Shown here piece by piece: positions 10,094-20,056 of a stretch of DNA of 64,000 nucleotides. This DNA comes from Candidatus Doudnabacteria bacterium RIFCSPHIGHO2_12_FULL_48_16. Lineage in GTDB: Bacteria; Patescibacteriota; Doudnabacteria; UBA920; O2-02-FULL-48-8. The stretch is taken from assembly GCA_001780035.1 (NCBI GenBank), contig MFEY01000007.1, forward strand, positions 123,155-187,154, written 5' to 3'. The notes under the pieces were generated by a model. The model was not told the DNA's origin, did no database searches, and saw nothing but the letters and a program-made list of their open reading frames with translations. Positions within the stretch are counted from its first letter, which is position 1, and every line of letters starts with the position of its first letter. The position numbers and the translations under genes were made by a program.

Positions 10094-10489
10094 TTATTCG
10101 GAAGCCCGGCCTTCAAACTGTTCACTGTCTGTTTCCGCTTGTTGTTTGGTGACGTGCACCACGCCATCACGATGATGGGGCGGAGAATACAAGGTATATA
10201 ATTTCAAAAAATCGGTTGTGGAAACATTGATGATGTTATGTTTGCATCCCGCCGGCACAATTAAAACGTCTCCCTCGGCCAGATCATAGCTGGCGCCGGC
10301 CACAGCGGCCCGGCCCTGCCCTTTTTCGAGCCGAAAAAATTGGTCCCCCTCATGAATTTCCTCCCCAATCTCCTCACCCGGTTTAAGGCTCATTAGGACC
10401 AGCTGGCTGAATTTGGCCGTATACAAAACCTGGCGGAAGTTCTCATTGGCCAGAGTCAGCCGTTCAATATTGTCCTTATATCCTTTCAT
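10094..10489 (-). CDS. cupin domain protein
   Basis: QLVLMSL..GEEIGEEIH, VPAG.KHN, KLYTLYSPPHH. Confidence 0.9.
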   Translation of the reverse strand: MKGYKDNIERLTLANENFRQVLYTAKFSQLVLMSLKPGEEIGEEIHEGDQFFRLEKGQGRAAVAGASYDLAEGDVLIVPAGCKHNIINVSTTDFLKLYTLYSPPHHRDGVVHVTKQQAETDSEQFEGRASE

Positions 10490-10541
10490 AAATTTGATTA
10501 ACAAAGCTTAATTACCACTCGTTCGTCATCTCGCGTGCTTG

Positions 10542-11084
10542 TTACTTCTCAATTAGCTTGCCTGGCTGCCAGGGGGTCCCGAAAGCCGGCAGAATCCAGC
10601 GATCCAAACCCATCCAGCCCGCCACCCGCCAAGCCAGAATCAGGAACAATTGCAGCAACAGTAAAATCGGATTGGTACTGACCGTCCCGGCCAACAAAAA
10701 ATTCAAATTCATAAACGTGCCGAAAAAAGCGGCAATGCCGGTAAAAATCCCGAGAATCAAGGCGACGCCCACCGCAATTTCTCCGTAAGTAATCAAATGC
10801 GAAAGCAATGCGGTATTCGGCAACGCTGCGTTTTGAATAAACGAAGCATACCAGCCTTGCACATCCGGATGCGCACCGGAAGTTTTATTAAGCGCGCCCA
10901 TCAAAAAACCTTTCACGGCAGTGCCGGCATTGCTGCCGACCCAGGCCGGATTGTGAAATTTTTCCCAACCGGCCATAAACCATTCATAACCGACATAGAG
11001 CCGGACGATTAGCCAAAACCAAGACGAGCTGGTGTTGGCAAACAATAAACGGGAAATTTTTGGTTCCGGGATATGACTTATCAT
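10542..11084 (-). CDS. DoxX/DoxD family membrane protein
   Basis: RLYVGYEW..AGWEK, GE..VG..LILG, AGTVSTNP. Confidence 0.88.
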   Translation of the reverse strand: MISHIPEPKISRLLFANTSSSWFWLIVRLYVGYEWFMAGWEKFHNPAWVGSNAGTAVKGFLMGALNKTSGAHPDVQGWYASFIQNAALPNTALLSHLITYGEIAVGVALILGIFTGIAAFFGTFMNLNFLLAGTVSTNPILLLLQLFLILAWRVAGWMGLDRWILPAFGTPWQPGKLIEK

Positions 11085-11098
11085 AAAATTTTAATTAA

Positions 11099-11464
11099 TT
11101 ATTTTTTGTTTATCTGATAGAAGTAATACAACGCCAATGGCGCGCCCCAGTTGGCGAAGCGTTCGATAAAATCCAGCCAACCAACGCCGACCAGCGGCCG
11201 CACCAGCGCGGTCCAGAATCCCCAAAACACCGCCCACAATAAAACCCAATTAATGGGCTTGATAAGAACTATTAACGCGACCAGTATATCGGCCGCGCCC
11301 ACAATCAGCAATAAAGTGTGCGCGGTCGGATTGCTGACATGGGTTAGCTGCATGATCCATTTGATCCAGTCAGCCTTGCCTTGCAGCCCCAACAGCCCAT
11401 GACCCAAAAACTCACCCGCCACTCCGATCCGGAGCGCCCACTCCATTTTCTGCGTATTTGACAT
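11099..11464 (-). CDS. DoxX-like small membrane protein
   Basis: LRIGVAGEFLGHG..ERFANWGAPLAL. Confidence 0.7.
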   Translation of the reverse strand: MSNTQKMEWALRIGVAGEFLGHGLLGLQGKADWIKWIMQLTHVSNPTAHTLLLIVGAADILVALIVLIKPINWVLLWAVFWGFWTALVRPLVGVGWLDFIERFANWGAPLALYYFYQINKK

Positions 11465-11611
11465 GTGTTTGTTTCTTAATGATTTTTATCCTTATTTATT
11501 ATACTCCTATGCAAATCCGAAGCAAACCGGCTCAAACCTATTGACCATTCAGGTTTTTTGGGCTAAAATATTCAAGCATTCCCGCAGGCGCGGGGTATTT
11601 TTTTGAAAACC

Positions 11612-13093
11612 ATGAGAAAAGACAGCGTCATTTTAAGCTTCGCCAACGTCAGCTTCGAATACGGGCACGACAAGATCGTGCTCGACGAAGTTTCATTTGG
11701 CGTGCGCACCGGCAGCCGGATCACGCTCATGGGCCAAAACGGGGCCGGCAAAAGCACCTTGTTTAAAATGATCACCGGCGAAATCAGGCCCCAAAACGGC
11801 CGGATCAACTTAACGCCGACCGAGGCCACAATCGCCATCGCCCACCAGGTTATGCCTAAAGATTGCCTCCACCTGAATGTGCGCGAATACTTTGCCACCG
11901 CCTTTGAGGACAAAAAATACGATCTGGACCGGCTGATTGCCAATGTGTTTGAAGTGGTCAATGTCCAGCTGTCCTTGGATAAAAAAATTAATGAGCTTTC
12001 GGGCGGCCAGCAGGCGCGCCTGCTCCTGGCCCACGCCTTAATTCAGGACCCGGATATTTTACTGCTCGATGAACCGACCAATAATCTCGACCGGCTGGGG
12101 ATCGAGCATCTGACCGGATTTTTGATGATGTATGAAAAAACCTGCATTGTCATTTCCCATGATGCGGATTTTTTGAACGCATTTTCCGACGGGGTCTTGT
12201 ATCTGGATGTCTTCACCCACAAGGTTGAACAATATACCGGCAACTACTATGACGTGGTCGGGGAAATCGAAGAACGGATTCAGCGCGAGCAGCAGCAGAA
12301 CGCCCGGATGCAGGCCCAAATCCAGGAAAAACGTTCCCAGGCCGAAGTCTTCGCCCACAAGGGCGGAAAATTAAGAGCCGTGGCCAAGCGCATGCGCGAA
12401 GCCGCGGAAGAAGCGGAAGAGAATCTGGTTGACGTGCGCCAAGAAGATGAAACCATCCGGAACTTCACCATCCCGGCCCAGGAATTTGACATTCACTTCC
12501 ACGGCAAAGTTATCGAATTCACTTCGGTTGGCGCCATCAAAAATCACCAACCTGTGACAAAACAACTTGAGCTTATAATCAAAAAAGGCAAGCACCTGCT
12601 GATTGCCGGGCGCAACGGGAGTGGCAAAAGCACCTTGCTCGAAAAAATCGCTACCGGCTCAGGCAGCGGTTTTACCATCGCCCCGGGAGTTAAAATCGGA
12701 TATTACAAACAGGATTTCAGCAACTTTTCCGCCAGAGGCGGAGATTTCGACCAAACGGCCTATGACTCGCTCCTGGAAGTTATGAAAGCCAAGGATGAAC
12801 ACAAATTGCGCGCTGCCAGCGCCGGCTTCCTGCTTAACGGCAAATTGCTCAACAACCCGATCCGCGCGCTCTCCGAAGGGCAAAAGGGCCTTCTGTCTTT
12901 TTGCCGCCTGTCGCTGCTCAATCCGGGGCTCCTGATATTGGACGAGCCGACCAACCATATCAATTTCCGGCATTTACCCGTGATTGCCAAAGCTCTCGAT
13001 GAGTATCAGGGCGCTATGATTATGGTTTCCCATATCCCCGACTTCATCGCCCAGATCCGAATTGACGAAACGATCGACCTGGATCAAATTTAA
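11612..13093 (+). CDS. ABC-F family ATPase
   Basis: two NBDs (GQNGAGKS, GRNGSGKS, DEPTN twice), no TM. Confidence 0.93.
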   Translation: MRKDSVILSFANVSFEYGHDKIVLDEVSFGVRTGSRITLMGQNGAGKSTLFKMITGEIRPQNGRINLTPTEATIAIAHQVMPKDCLHLNVREYFATAFEDKKYDLDRLIANVFEVVNVQLSLDKKINELSGGQQARLLLAHALIQDPDILLLDEPTNNLDRLGIEHLTGFLMMYEKTCIVISHDADFLNAFSDGVLYLDVFTHKVEQYTGNYYDVVGEIEERIQREQQQNARMQAQIQEKRSQAEVFAHKGGKLRAVAKRMREAAEEAEENLVDVRQEDETIRNFTIPAQEFDIHFHGKVIEFTSVGAIKNHQPVTKQLELIIKKGKHLLIAGRNGSGKSTLLEKIATGSGSGFTIAPGVKIGYYKQDFSNFSARGGDFDQTAYDSLLEVMKAKDEHKLRAASAGFLLNGKLLNNPIRALSEGQKGLLSFCRLSLLNPGLLILDEPTNHINFRHLPVIAKALDEYQGAMIMVSHIPDFIAQIRIDETIDLDQI

Positions 13094-13106
13094 AAAACTA
13101 CCTTCT

Positions 13107-15077
13107 TTATAAATCCAATTTTCTCAGCAACTGCGCGTTCAGGGCAACCACCACGGTGCTGACTGACATCAGAATTGCCCCTATTGCCGCGGGCAAAATT
13201 ATACCCAACAACCCGGCCGCCAGTGGGATGGCAATCACGTTGTAGCCGGTGGCCCAAACCAGATTCTGGCTCATTTTGGCATACGTAGCTTTGGATAATT
13301 TGACAATTTTGACGATGTCGCGCGGATCACTTTTGACCAGGATTATCCCGGCGCTCTCAATGGCCACATCGGTGCCGGCACCAATCGCGATGCCAATATC
13401 CGCGGCAGCCAGAGCCGGCGCATCATTGACCCCGTCCCCGACCATCGCCACGCGGCTTCCGTCTTTTTGCAACTCTTTGACTTTATCGACTTTGTGTTCC
13501 GGCAGAACCTGCGCAAAATATCGGGTGATCCCCAATTTTTTGGCCACATATTTCGCCACCGCCTCGCTGTCCCCGGTCAGCATGGCCACCCGCTTGCCCA
13601 TGGCCTTAAGCTCGGCAATCGCTTGCGCTGATTCTTCCCGGATTAAATCAGCGGTCGCCAGCGCACCCAACAACTTGTTTTCTTCCCGGATAAAAACCAC
13701 GGTTTTTCCCTCTTCACCGGCCAGGGCCGCTTTGCTTTCCAATTCGCCCGCTGCTTGGGTCCGGCCGACAAAATATTCCTTACCGTTAAGCACCGCCTGG
13801 GCGCCTTTGCCGGGAACGGCCGAAAAATCCTTTGCTGCAAATAACTCCAGTTTAAACTCGCGCGCTTTGGCCATGATTGCTTTCGCAATCGGATGCTCGG
13901 AACCGGCCTCGACCGAGGCCGCCAGCCGAATCAAATCTTGCTGCGAGCCGACCAGCGGCCAAATATCCACCACGCCATGCTCGCCGCGGGTCAGCGTCCC
14001 GGTTTTATCAAACAGCACCACATCAATGTTGCGGGCGCTTTCCAAGGCAATTCGTTTTTTAATAAGCAGTCCGTTTTTCGCCGCCAAACTGGTCGAGATC
14101 GAGGTTACCAATGGAATGGCCAAACCCAAAGCGTGCGGGCAGGCAATGACCAAAACCGTGACCGTCCGTTCCAGGGCAAACGCCCCGCCCCGGCCCAACA
14201 GCAGCCAGGCGGCCAGCGTGGCCGCGCCAGAAATGGTCGCAATGATTGTCAGATAAAAAGCCGCCCGATCCGCGAGAATTTGGGCTTTGGATTGGGATTT
14301 CTGAGCTTCGGCCACCAGCCGCATAATTCCCGCTAAGGCGGTATTGTCCCCAATCTTGGTGACTTGAACTTTCAAGGAACCGTTACCGTTGACCGTGCCG
14401 GCAATGACCGTCTGATTTTTTATTTTTTTGATCAACTCGCTCTCCCCGGTGATCATGGATTCGTTGACCGAGGAACTGCCATCCACAACTATGCCGTCGG
14501 CGGGAACTTTCGCGCCGGGCCGCACCAACATCACGTCGCCGATTTTTATTTCAGACAATGCAATCTGGCGGCCGTCAACCAATTCTGCCATATCAGGCAA
14601 CAGTTTGGCCAGTTCCTTGAGCGCTCCCTGGGCGTTCATGACCGATCGCATTTCCATCCAGTGCCCAAAAATCATAATCGTAATCAAAGTGGAGAGTTCC
14701 CAGAAAAATTCGGTGTCCCGCCCGCGCAAGGAGGAAAATACGCTATAAGCAAACGCCACAATGATCGCCTGACTGATTAAAACCATCATCCCGGGGCGAG
14801 CGGCGCGCAACTCCGCGCCAGCAGATTTGATAAACACCGTGCCCGAGTAAAAAAACAAGATTGTGCCGAAAATCAAAGGAATATTTTGGGATCCCGGGAA
14901 CTCCGGCATCCCAAAATTAAACCAGTCTTGGATCATGCCGGAATACAACAGCGTGGGCACGGTTAAAATCAAACTCCACCAGAACTTGTCACGGAACATT
15001 TCCGGCGAATGGCCGGCATGCTTATCGTGATTATGCGGTTCGGCATGCATTTCGTGGCCGTGGTGACTGTGATCCAT
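13107..15077 (-). CDS. copB: copper-translocating P1B-3 ATPase
   Basis: His-rich N-terminus, TGES, CPH, DKTGT, GDGVND, YN and MSxS motifs. Confidence 0.93.
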   Translation of the reverse strand: MDHSHHGHEMHAEPHNHDKHAGHSPEMFRDKFWWSLILTVPTLLYSGMIQDWFNFGMPEFPGSQNIPLIFGTILFFYSGTVFIKSAGAELRAARPGMMVLISQAIIVAFAYSVFSSLRGRDTEFFWELSTLITIMIFGHWMEMRSVMNAQGALKELAKLLPDMAELVDGRQIALSEIKIGDVMLVRPGAKVPADGIVVDGSSSVNESMITGESELIKKIKNQTVIAGTVNGNGSLKVQVTKIGDNTALAGIMRLVAEAQKSQSKAQILADRAAFYLTIIATISGAATLAAWLLLGRGGAFALERTVTVLVIACPHALGLAIPLVTSISTSLAAKNGLLIKKRIALESARNIDVVLFDKTGTLTRGEHGVVDIWPLVGSQQDLIRLAASVEAGSEHPIAKAIMAKAREFKLELFAAKDFSAVPGKGAQAVLNGKEYFVGRTQAAGELESKAALAGEEGKTVVFIREENKLLGALATADLIREESAQAIAELKAMGKRVAMLTGDSEAVAKYVAKKLGITRYFAQVLPEHKVDKVKELQKDGSRVAMVGDGVNDAPALAAADIGIAIGAGTDVAIESAGIILVKSDPRDIVKIVKLSKATYAKMSQNLVWATGYNVIAIPLAAGLLGIILPAAIGAILMSVSTVVVALNAQLLRKLDL

Positions 15078-15078
15078 T

Positions 15079-15333
15079 CTATTTTTTAATGCTGTTAAAT
15101 AGCGTGACAAACAGCCAAACGGCCAGCAGAGCAATGACGTTCCAGATAATGAGACCCGAAATAAATGTCCCGAAAGTGAGAATGTTGCGGCCCATATCAA
15201 TTCCCATGTGCAAACCGTATCTCATGAATCCCGGCCGAAGAAGCGGAAACATGGCAACTCCGGCAAAACAAACCGCATACACAATGCTAACCCAGGCAGC
15301 GCTGACTTTCAGCAAATGTTTTAGATTGATCAT
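15079..15333 (-). CDS. small 2-TM membrane protein (DUF5676-like)
   Basis: operon position, hydrophobic pattern. Confidence 0.7.
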   Translation of the reverse strand: MINLKHLLKVSAAWVSIVYAVCFAGVAMFPLLRPGFMRYGLHMGIDMGRNILTFGTFISGLIIWNVIALLAVWLFVTLFNSIKK

Positions 15334-15351
15334 ATTTAATCTTTTAGTTAC

Positions 15352-15771
15352 TTATTTAGACCAGGCTTGTTGCCAAACTTTCATCTGGCCGATCTCCTTG
15401 GTTTGAGCATTGATAATGCCCTCGGCCAAATCTTTCAGTTCTTGATGTTGGGCATTGGACAGAGCCGAGGTAGCCATGTCCACTGCTCCTTCGTGATGAA
15501 GAATCATTTCTGACAGAAACGCTTGGTCAAAATCATTCCCGGTTTTGTTGTTAAGGCCGCTCATCATAGCCCGCATTGCGGAAGAATTGCCGTAAGTATT
15601 GCCGACCATGTAAGAACCATCGATCATCATGTGATCTCCGTAACGGATCCCCATCATTCGCATCATGCCGCCACGATTCCCGTTCACGGCGTAGGAAGCG
15701 AAAAATCCGGCAATCAGAAGCCCCAAGACCAAACCACCCAAAGCGAACCAGAGTTTGTCATTGTTATTCAT
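15352..15771 (-). CDS. DUF305/CopM-like metal-binding protein
   Basis: FDQAFLSEMILHHEGAVDMA, II.AQ..EI..M. Confidence 0.88.
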   Translation of the reverse strand: MNNNDKLWFALGGLVLGLLIAGFFASYAVNGNRGGMMRMMGIRYGDHMMIDGSYMVGNTYGNSSAMRAMMSGLNNKTGNDFDQAFLSEMILHHEGAVDMATSALSNAQHQELKDLAEGIINAQTKEIGQMKVWQQAWSK

Positions 15772-15791
15772 ATCTTCACCCCCTTTCGATA

Positions 15792-16061
15792 TTATTTATT
15801 ATTCAAAAAATAAATGTCCGACAGCTCTTTGATGGCCTGTTTGTCTTTGCCGGATGTGAACTGGTGCGAGACATGCTCCTTCAGATGATTTTCCAGCATG
15901 TGTTTGTTGAAGCTCTGCAGGGATTTTTGAATGGCCAAAGACAGACGGATCACGTCGATGCAATATTTGTTATCGTGCACCATTTTTTCCAGGCCCTTGA
16001 GCTGCCCCTGGATGATATGTAGGCGACTGACGGCTTTTTTCCGGTTGGGTTTAAGCATCAT
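15792..16061 (-). CDS. csoR: CsoR/RcnR family metal-sensing repressor
   Basis: RL..IQGQLKG, YCIDV, ENHLKEH. Confidence 0.9.
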   Translation of the reverse strand: MMLKPNRKKAVSRLHIIQGQLKGLEKMVHDNKYCIDVIRLSLAIQKSLQSFNKHMLENHLKEHVSHQFTSGKDKQAIKELSDIYFLNNK

Positions 16062-16066
16062 AGTGA

Positions 16067-16408
16067 TTAGCAACAGTCTTTAAATTTATCGTCCTGCCGC
16101 TCTCCTCTCTTATTAAGTTTAGAATTAAAATAGATGGTTGGCAAAATTACCAGGCCCAAAAAAACCAAAGCCGTGCCCGGTTGATCCTTGACCGCAAACC
16201 AGACTGCGGGAACGGCCAAAATCACCATGAGAGATTTCCAAACAACATTGTGGCCATATTTGGTCGCAATGGCCCCCGCGCTCATTCCCATTAGAATGGC
16301 CAGCAAAATCTTATCTACCGCATGCCCGCTCCACATCCAAACCAGCATGGCCACCCAGCCAATCACAACCGCAGCGCAAATTGGGCAGATCTTTTTCCAG
16401 TTGATCAT
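16067..16408 (-). CDS. membrane protein with N-terminal CPIC and C-terminal CC
   Basis: ATGA-coupled in the metal operon. Confidence 0.75.
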   Translation of the reverse strand: MINWKKICPICAAVVIGWVAMLVWMWSGHAVDKILLAILMGMSAGAIATKYGHNVVWKSLMVILAVPAVWFAVKDQPGTALVFLGLVILPTIYFNSKLNKRGERQDDKFKDCC

Positions 16409-17187
16409 AAAGTCATGATTAATATGGCCAGTAAAATCATGGCCAGACCGGCGGTTAGTTTGACCGCCTTTTTGTTTTGCTGCTGCAGAGTCTTAACTTT
16501 AGCGACCAATCGCTCGTTGCCGGCGGTCAACAAAATCAGCACCAGGGGCAGGACAAAAATCAGATTATAAAGAATCAAATATCCCGCGCCCTGCCAATAG
16601 GTCCGCGAGTCGTGCAGGAGGCCGATAACCATGAGGTATGGCCCGCCGGTGCACGGAAATTCGCACAGTCCCACCAAGCCGCCCAGCAAAAACATGGCTG
16701 GCAGGCTCATTTTTTCCAACAATTGGTTCATTTTTTGGTGCGCGCCCTGCGGCACCCCCAGTTTGATCGGAAACGAAGGAATCAAGACTTCCAAAATGCT
16801 GACTGTGCCAAAAATCACCAGCATCACGGCACCGACCTTGGACATAAAATGCGGGGTGTTGAAAATATGCAGCGCCTGGAGGAGCCCAAGCCCGATCAAA
16901 AAGTATGCTACAAAAATGCCAAAAATATAAACCAAGCCATATCGGATGACTTTCGAAGTCGTTGACCCCACGCTAAAGAGGAAAATTAAACTGACGATCA
17001 GGATCGAAAATGCGCAGGGATTGATGCTGTCAACGATGGCCGACACAGTCAGCAACGGAAAAAACCACTGGCCCTGCTGGGAAACCTGCCAGACCCAGGC
17101 GCTAGAACCGGAATAATTCCCCAGGGTCAAAGCTAGGCCGAAAAACAACAACAGTAAACCCACGATGGTCATTAAATATTTATTCAT
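16405..17187 (-). CDS. CcdA/DsbD-like transmembrane protein
   Basis: DSINPCA and EFPCTGGPY. Confidence 0.85.
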   Translation of the reverse strand: MNKYLMTIVGLLLLFFGLALTLGNYSGSSAWVWQVSQQGQWFFPLLTVSAIVDSINPCAFSILIVSLIFLFSVGSTTSKVIRYGLVYIFGIFVAYFLIGLGLLQALHIFNTPHFMSKVGAVMLVIFGTVSILEVLIPSFPIKLGVPQGAHQKMNQLLEKMSLPAMFLLGGLVGLCEFPCTGGPYLMVIGLLHDSRTYWQGAGYLILYNLIFVLPLVLILLTAGNERLVAKVKTLQQQNKKAVKLTAGLAMILLAILIMTL

Positions 17188-17287
17188 CCCGTTTAGAAAT
17201 AATGATCGGTTTAATAAAACTTTTATTTATAAACAATGCATCAGGCATTATTTTGCTGTAAATTAAGCTATGTAAATTTCTAACGGG
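17188..17287. mobile_element. MITE-like element copy 2
   Basis: same TIRs; ATTCAT at 17182-17187 and 17288-17293. Confidence 0.7.
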
Positions 17288-17289
17288 AT

Positions 17290-17793
17290 TCATGGGGTGA
17301 CATTGGCTTTAATTCCGACACTCGCAATTTCGCCTTGCTTAGATTGCAGGCTAACGCTGCGCTCAATCACCCCGATGCCGGACGGGCCATGGGCATTGGG
17401 ATCAAACGTCACTAACAGTTGGGCCTTTTGGCTGGCGCGCAATTTTTGATTGAGCATCTTCATGGCGCCGTGCCCCTGCATGCTGAAGGGCCCGTATTCC
17501 TGGCCGTCCAATACCAACTTCACCGTCGTGCACATGCAAGAAGTGTAAAGCGTAGCCAAGTCGAGATCCTGATCCTGGGGATTCGTAACCTGGAATGATT
17601 TGGTCACCAAGCCGTCCTTCATTGAAATTGTCCCAAAATCATAATTGGCCGGCTCCAGCTGCACCGCCAACGTCTCACCGGTCGGAGTTTGGTTCATAGT
17701 TTCATGGCCAGCCGGCTGGGCAAAGAGCAGCACGCCGCCCAGGGCCGCCACGCCTACCCCCGCTGAAATTAGCCACCATAATTGCTTGGGCAT
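17290..17793 (-). CDS. DUF1573-like exported Ig-fold protein
   Basis: YDFGTI, TSCMCT, FDPNAHGP. Confidence 0.8.
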   Translation of the reverse strand: MPKQLWWLISAGVGVAALGGVLLFAQPAGHETMNQTPTGETLAVQLEPANYDFGTISMKDGLVTKSFQVTNPQDQDLDLATLYTSCMCTTVKLVLDGQEYGPFSMQGHGAMKMLNQKLRASQKAQLLVTFDPNAHGPSGIGVIERSVSLQSKQGEIASVGIKANVTP

Positions 17794-17812
17794 AGTAAAG
17801 TCTCCTTAATTC

Positions 17813-17841
17813 AGGATATACCCCCTAGGGGTATCTGTCAA
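17813..17841 (-). promoter_or_regulatory. promoter with CsoR operator
   Basis: TTGACA-17-TATCCT enclosing ATACCCCCTAGGGGTAT (17818-17834). Confidence 0.85.
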
Positions 17842-17867
17842 GTCAAGTAAAAAGGGGAACCAGTTTT

Positions 17868-18368
17868 TCAACTCGTTCCCCCGCGGCCCCAGAGCCGCTC
17901 TTCGACCAGGTCGCGATCACGACAGAGCTCGATGCCTTCCGCTTCCAGCTCGGCCGTCGTGTGTTCGTCCAGCGCCGCGCTGCTCTCAAGCAACGCTGCG
18001 ATGGATGCCGCGTTATCGTCACCGGCAACGCGATTTTTGCCGATTTTGCGGCAGCCAGTGCATCGATGCACAATCATCAATTCGCCCCCGTCCCGCTTGA
18101 TGGTCAGCCCCAGGGGCTCCATCGAAACCAGACAGGTCGACTTGCGATCGCCGATTGATCCATCCACGTGCCGCGACCAAAGGCAAATCGGACAATGATT
18201 CCGATGCCTGGTGTGGCTCGCTTCGGTCGGCACCTCGCTTCCACAACGCAGACAGTGGAAGGAAGGACGCCGGGCTTGCTTCAGCAGCGACCGAGCTTGC
18301 CGGCTCAGCCGCTTGCCGTCACGCTGTACGCGTTCCGGCCCGTCATCTTCGTTCCATTTCCGCGACAT
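17868..18368 (-). CDS. RNHCP domain protein (GC-rich copy)
   Basis: CLRCG, RNHCPICLWSRHVD, GDR, HRC..C. Confidence 0.9.
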   Translation of the reverse strand: MSRKWNEDDGPERVQRDGKRLSRQARSLLKQARRPSFHCLRCGSEVPTEASHTRHRNHCPICLWSRHVDGSIGDRKSTCLVSMEPLGLTIKRDGGELMIVHRCTGCRKIGKNRVAGDDNAASIAALLESSAALDEHTTAELEAEGIELCRDRDLVEERLWGRGGTS

Positions 18369-18491
18369 CTGCCCTTTCCTCCTTACTTTCCGACTTGTCC
18401 AGAATTTAGGACTTTCCAGTTTATCAGATGCTAGCAATATTGTCCAGAGTGGCCTATAATACGGGTAATTAGCGGGCTTTGATTTAAATTT

Positions 18492-19178
18492 ATGCAAAAA
18501 ATATTGGCGGTTGTGGCCCATCCGGACGATGAAATCATTGGCGTCGGCGGGGCGTTGTGCAAACACGCTGCGGCCGGTGACGAGGTTTATGTTTTGATTT
18601 TGGGAGATGGCAAAAGCTCGCGCAACCATGCATACAAAAAATTAACTAAGACAATCAATCACAAATCGCTTCAAGAAACCAAGAATGCACTGGCTTGCTT
18701 GGGTATAAAATTTTTTTACCGAGAAAGCTTGCCTGATAACCGTTTCGACAGAATTGATATGCTGGATATCGCAAAAAAAGTTTCCGTTTATGTCCGCAAA
18801 ATCCAACCCGCAATAGTTTATACCCATCATCCCGGCGATCTGAATGTTGATCACCAGCGAACCTCCGAGGCCGTAACGATCGCCTGCCGGCCGATAGAAA
18901 ACAATTCCGTCCGGACGATTTATCATTTTGAAACGCTTTCTTCCACGGAAATGGCCGGCTACACAACCAGCCGGGCATTTCTTCCCAATATCTTCGTAAA
19001 CATTGAGGCGGAAATACAGAAAAAACTGAAGGCCATGAGTTGCTATAAAAGCGAACTGCATAAATTCCCTCACCCCCGATCCTTGGAAGCAATTGAAGCC
19101 AATGCCAAGGTCTGGGGCGCGAAAGTCAATTTAAAATATGCGGAAGCATTCTTCTGCCTAAGACAGATCAAATCTTAA
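18492..19178 (+). CDS. PIG-L/LmbE family deacetylase
   Basis: AHPDDE, THH.GD.N.DH. Confidence 0.93.
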   Translation: MQKILAVVAHPDDEIIGVGGALCKHAAAGDEVYVLILGDGKSSRNHAYKKLTKTINHKSLQETKNALACLGIKFFYRESLPDNRFDRIDMLDIAKKVSVYVRKIQPAIVYTHHPGDLNVDHQRTSEAVTIACRPIENNSVRTIYHFETLSSTEMAGYTTSRAFLPNIFVNIEAEIQKKLKAMSCYKSELHKFPHPRSLEAIEANAKVWGAKVNLKYAEAFFCLRQIKS

Positions 19179-19180
19179 TC

Positions 19181-20056
19181 ATGATCAAGCTCTGCGTCCC
19201 GTTTCTCCTAACCGACAGCAGCCAAATCCCCCGTAGCCTGATCAAACAGCGCAAATTATCGCTGGAGGCGAATATTTTTGACGGCAAACAACTATCAGGG
19301 CTGGTCGAACAAAATAAATTTTCCAAGTTACTCAATGTTGCCACCCGAACAGGAACGGTTCGGGCTTTCCATTTCCCGGCAGAAAATGCGGATTATCTGG
19401 AATCCAAAAAACTTACCAAATTACTTTACACTGCCGTGGCGGCACTTGGTGAACGCAAAATTCCATACCTAGTCCTACATTCAAATCATATACGGCTACT
19501 GGAAAAGTTTGACCACAAAAAATTACCGCAAATCAGGCAAAGATATCTTGGCTTTTATCAAGCTTTGGGGGAATTCGCGCAAAACCAAAACGTGGCTGTC
19601 TGCATTGAAAATCTGCCCATTGTTGGCAACCAAGGAAATGATTTTGATTCCGTCTTTGTTTTTCCGGATGACTTTAAAAATTTGACCCAAGCCGGAATAA
19701 AAATTGCGTGGGATCTGGGCCATTGGGCTTATAGCTGCGGCGCATTCGGGTCCGTATCCAAACAAATTGAAGCTTTGTCGAAGAATCATCCGGCTTTTTT
19801 TGATTTTCTTCAACTCAAAAAAAATATCGCCCACTTTCATTTCTCTTCATTTAAAAAACTGACTTCCCTAAAATGCGCCGAAGGAATTATCCCGCAAGTC
19901 GGAGATTTCAGCGAAAATATGTTAGCCAAGGCCTGCCGAATCATTCATGAGTGGCCCGGTGGAATCGGAATGACCCTTGAAATACAAGAAAAAAACTATC
20001 GTGAAAGAATCAATTTGGCCAAAACCCTGGAATGGTTTGACTCCAAAGTTTTCTAA
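19181..20056 (+). CDS. sugar phosphate isomerase/epimerase (TIM barrel)
   Basis: IENLP, WDLGH, HFH, LEI. Confidence 0.75.
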   Translation: MIKLCVPFLLTDSSQIPRSLIKQRKLSLEANIFDGKQLSGLVEQNKFSKLLNVATRTGTVRAFHFPAENADYLESKKLTKLLYTAVAALGERKIPYLVLHSNHIRLLEKFDHKKLPQIRQRYLGFYQALGEFAQNQNVAVCIENLPIVGNQGNDFDSVFVFPDDFKNLTQAGIKIAWDLGHWAYSCGAFGSVSKQIEALSKNHPAFFDFLQLKKNIAHFHFSSFKKLTSLKCAEGIIPQVGDFSENMLAKACRIIHEWPGGIGMTLEIQEKNYRERINLAKTLEWFDSKVF

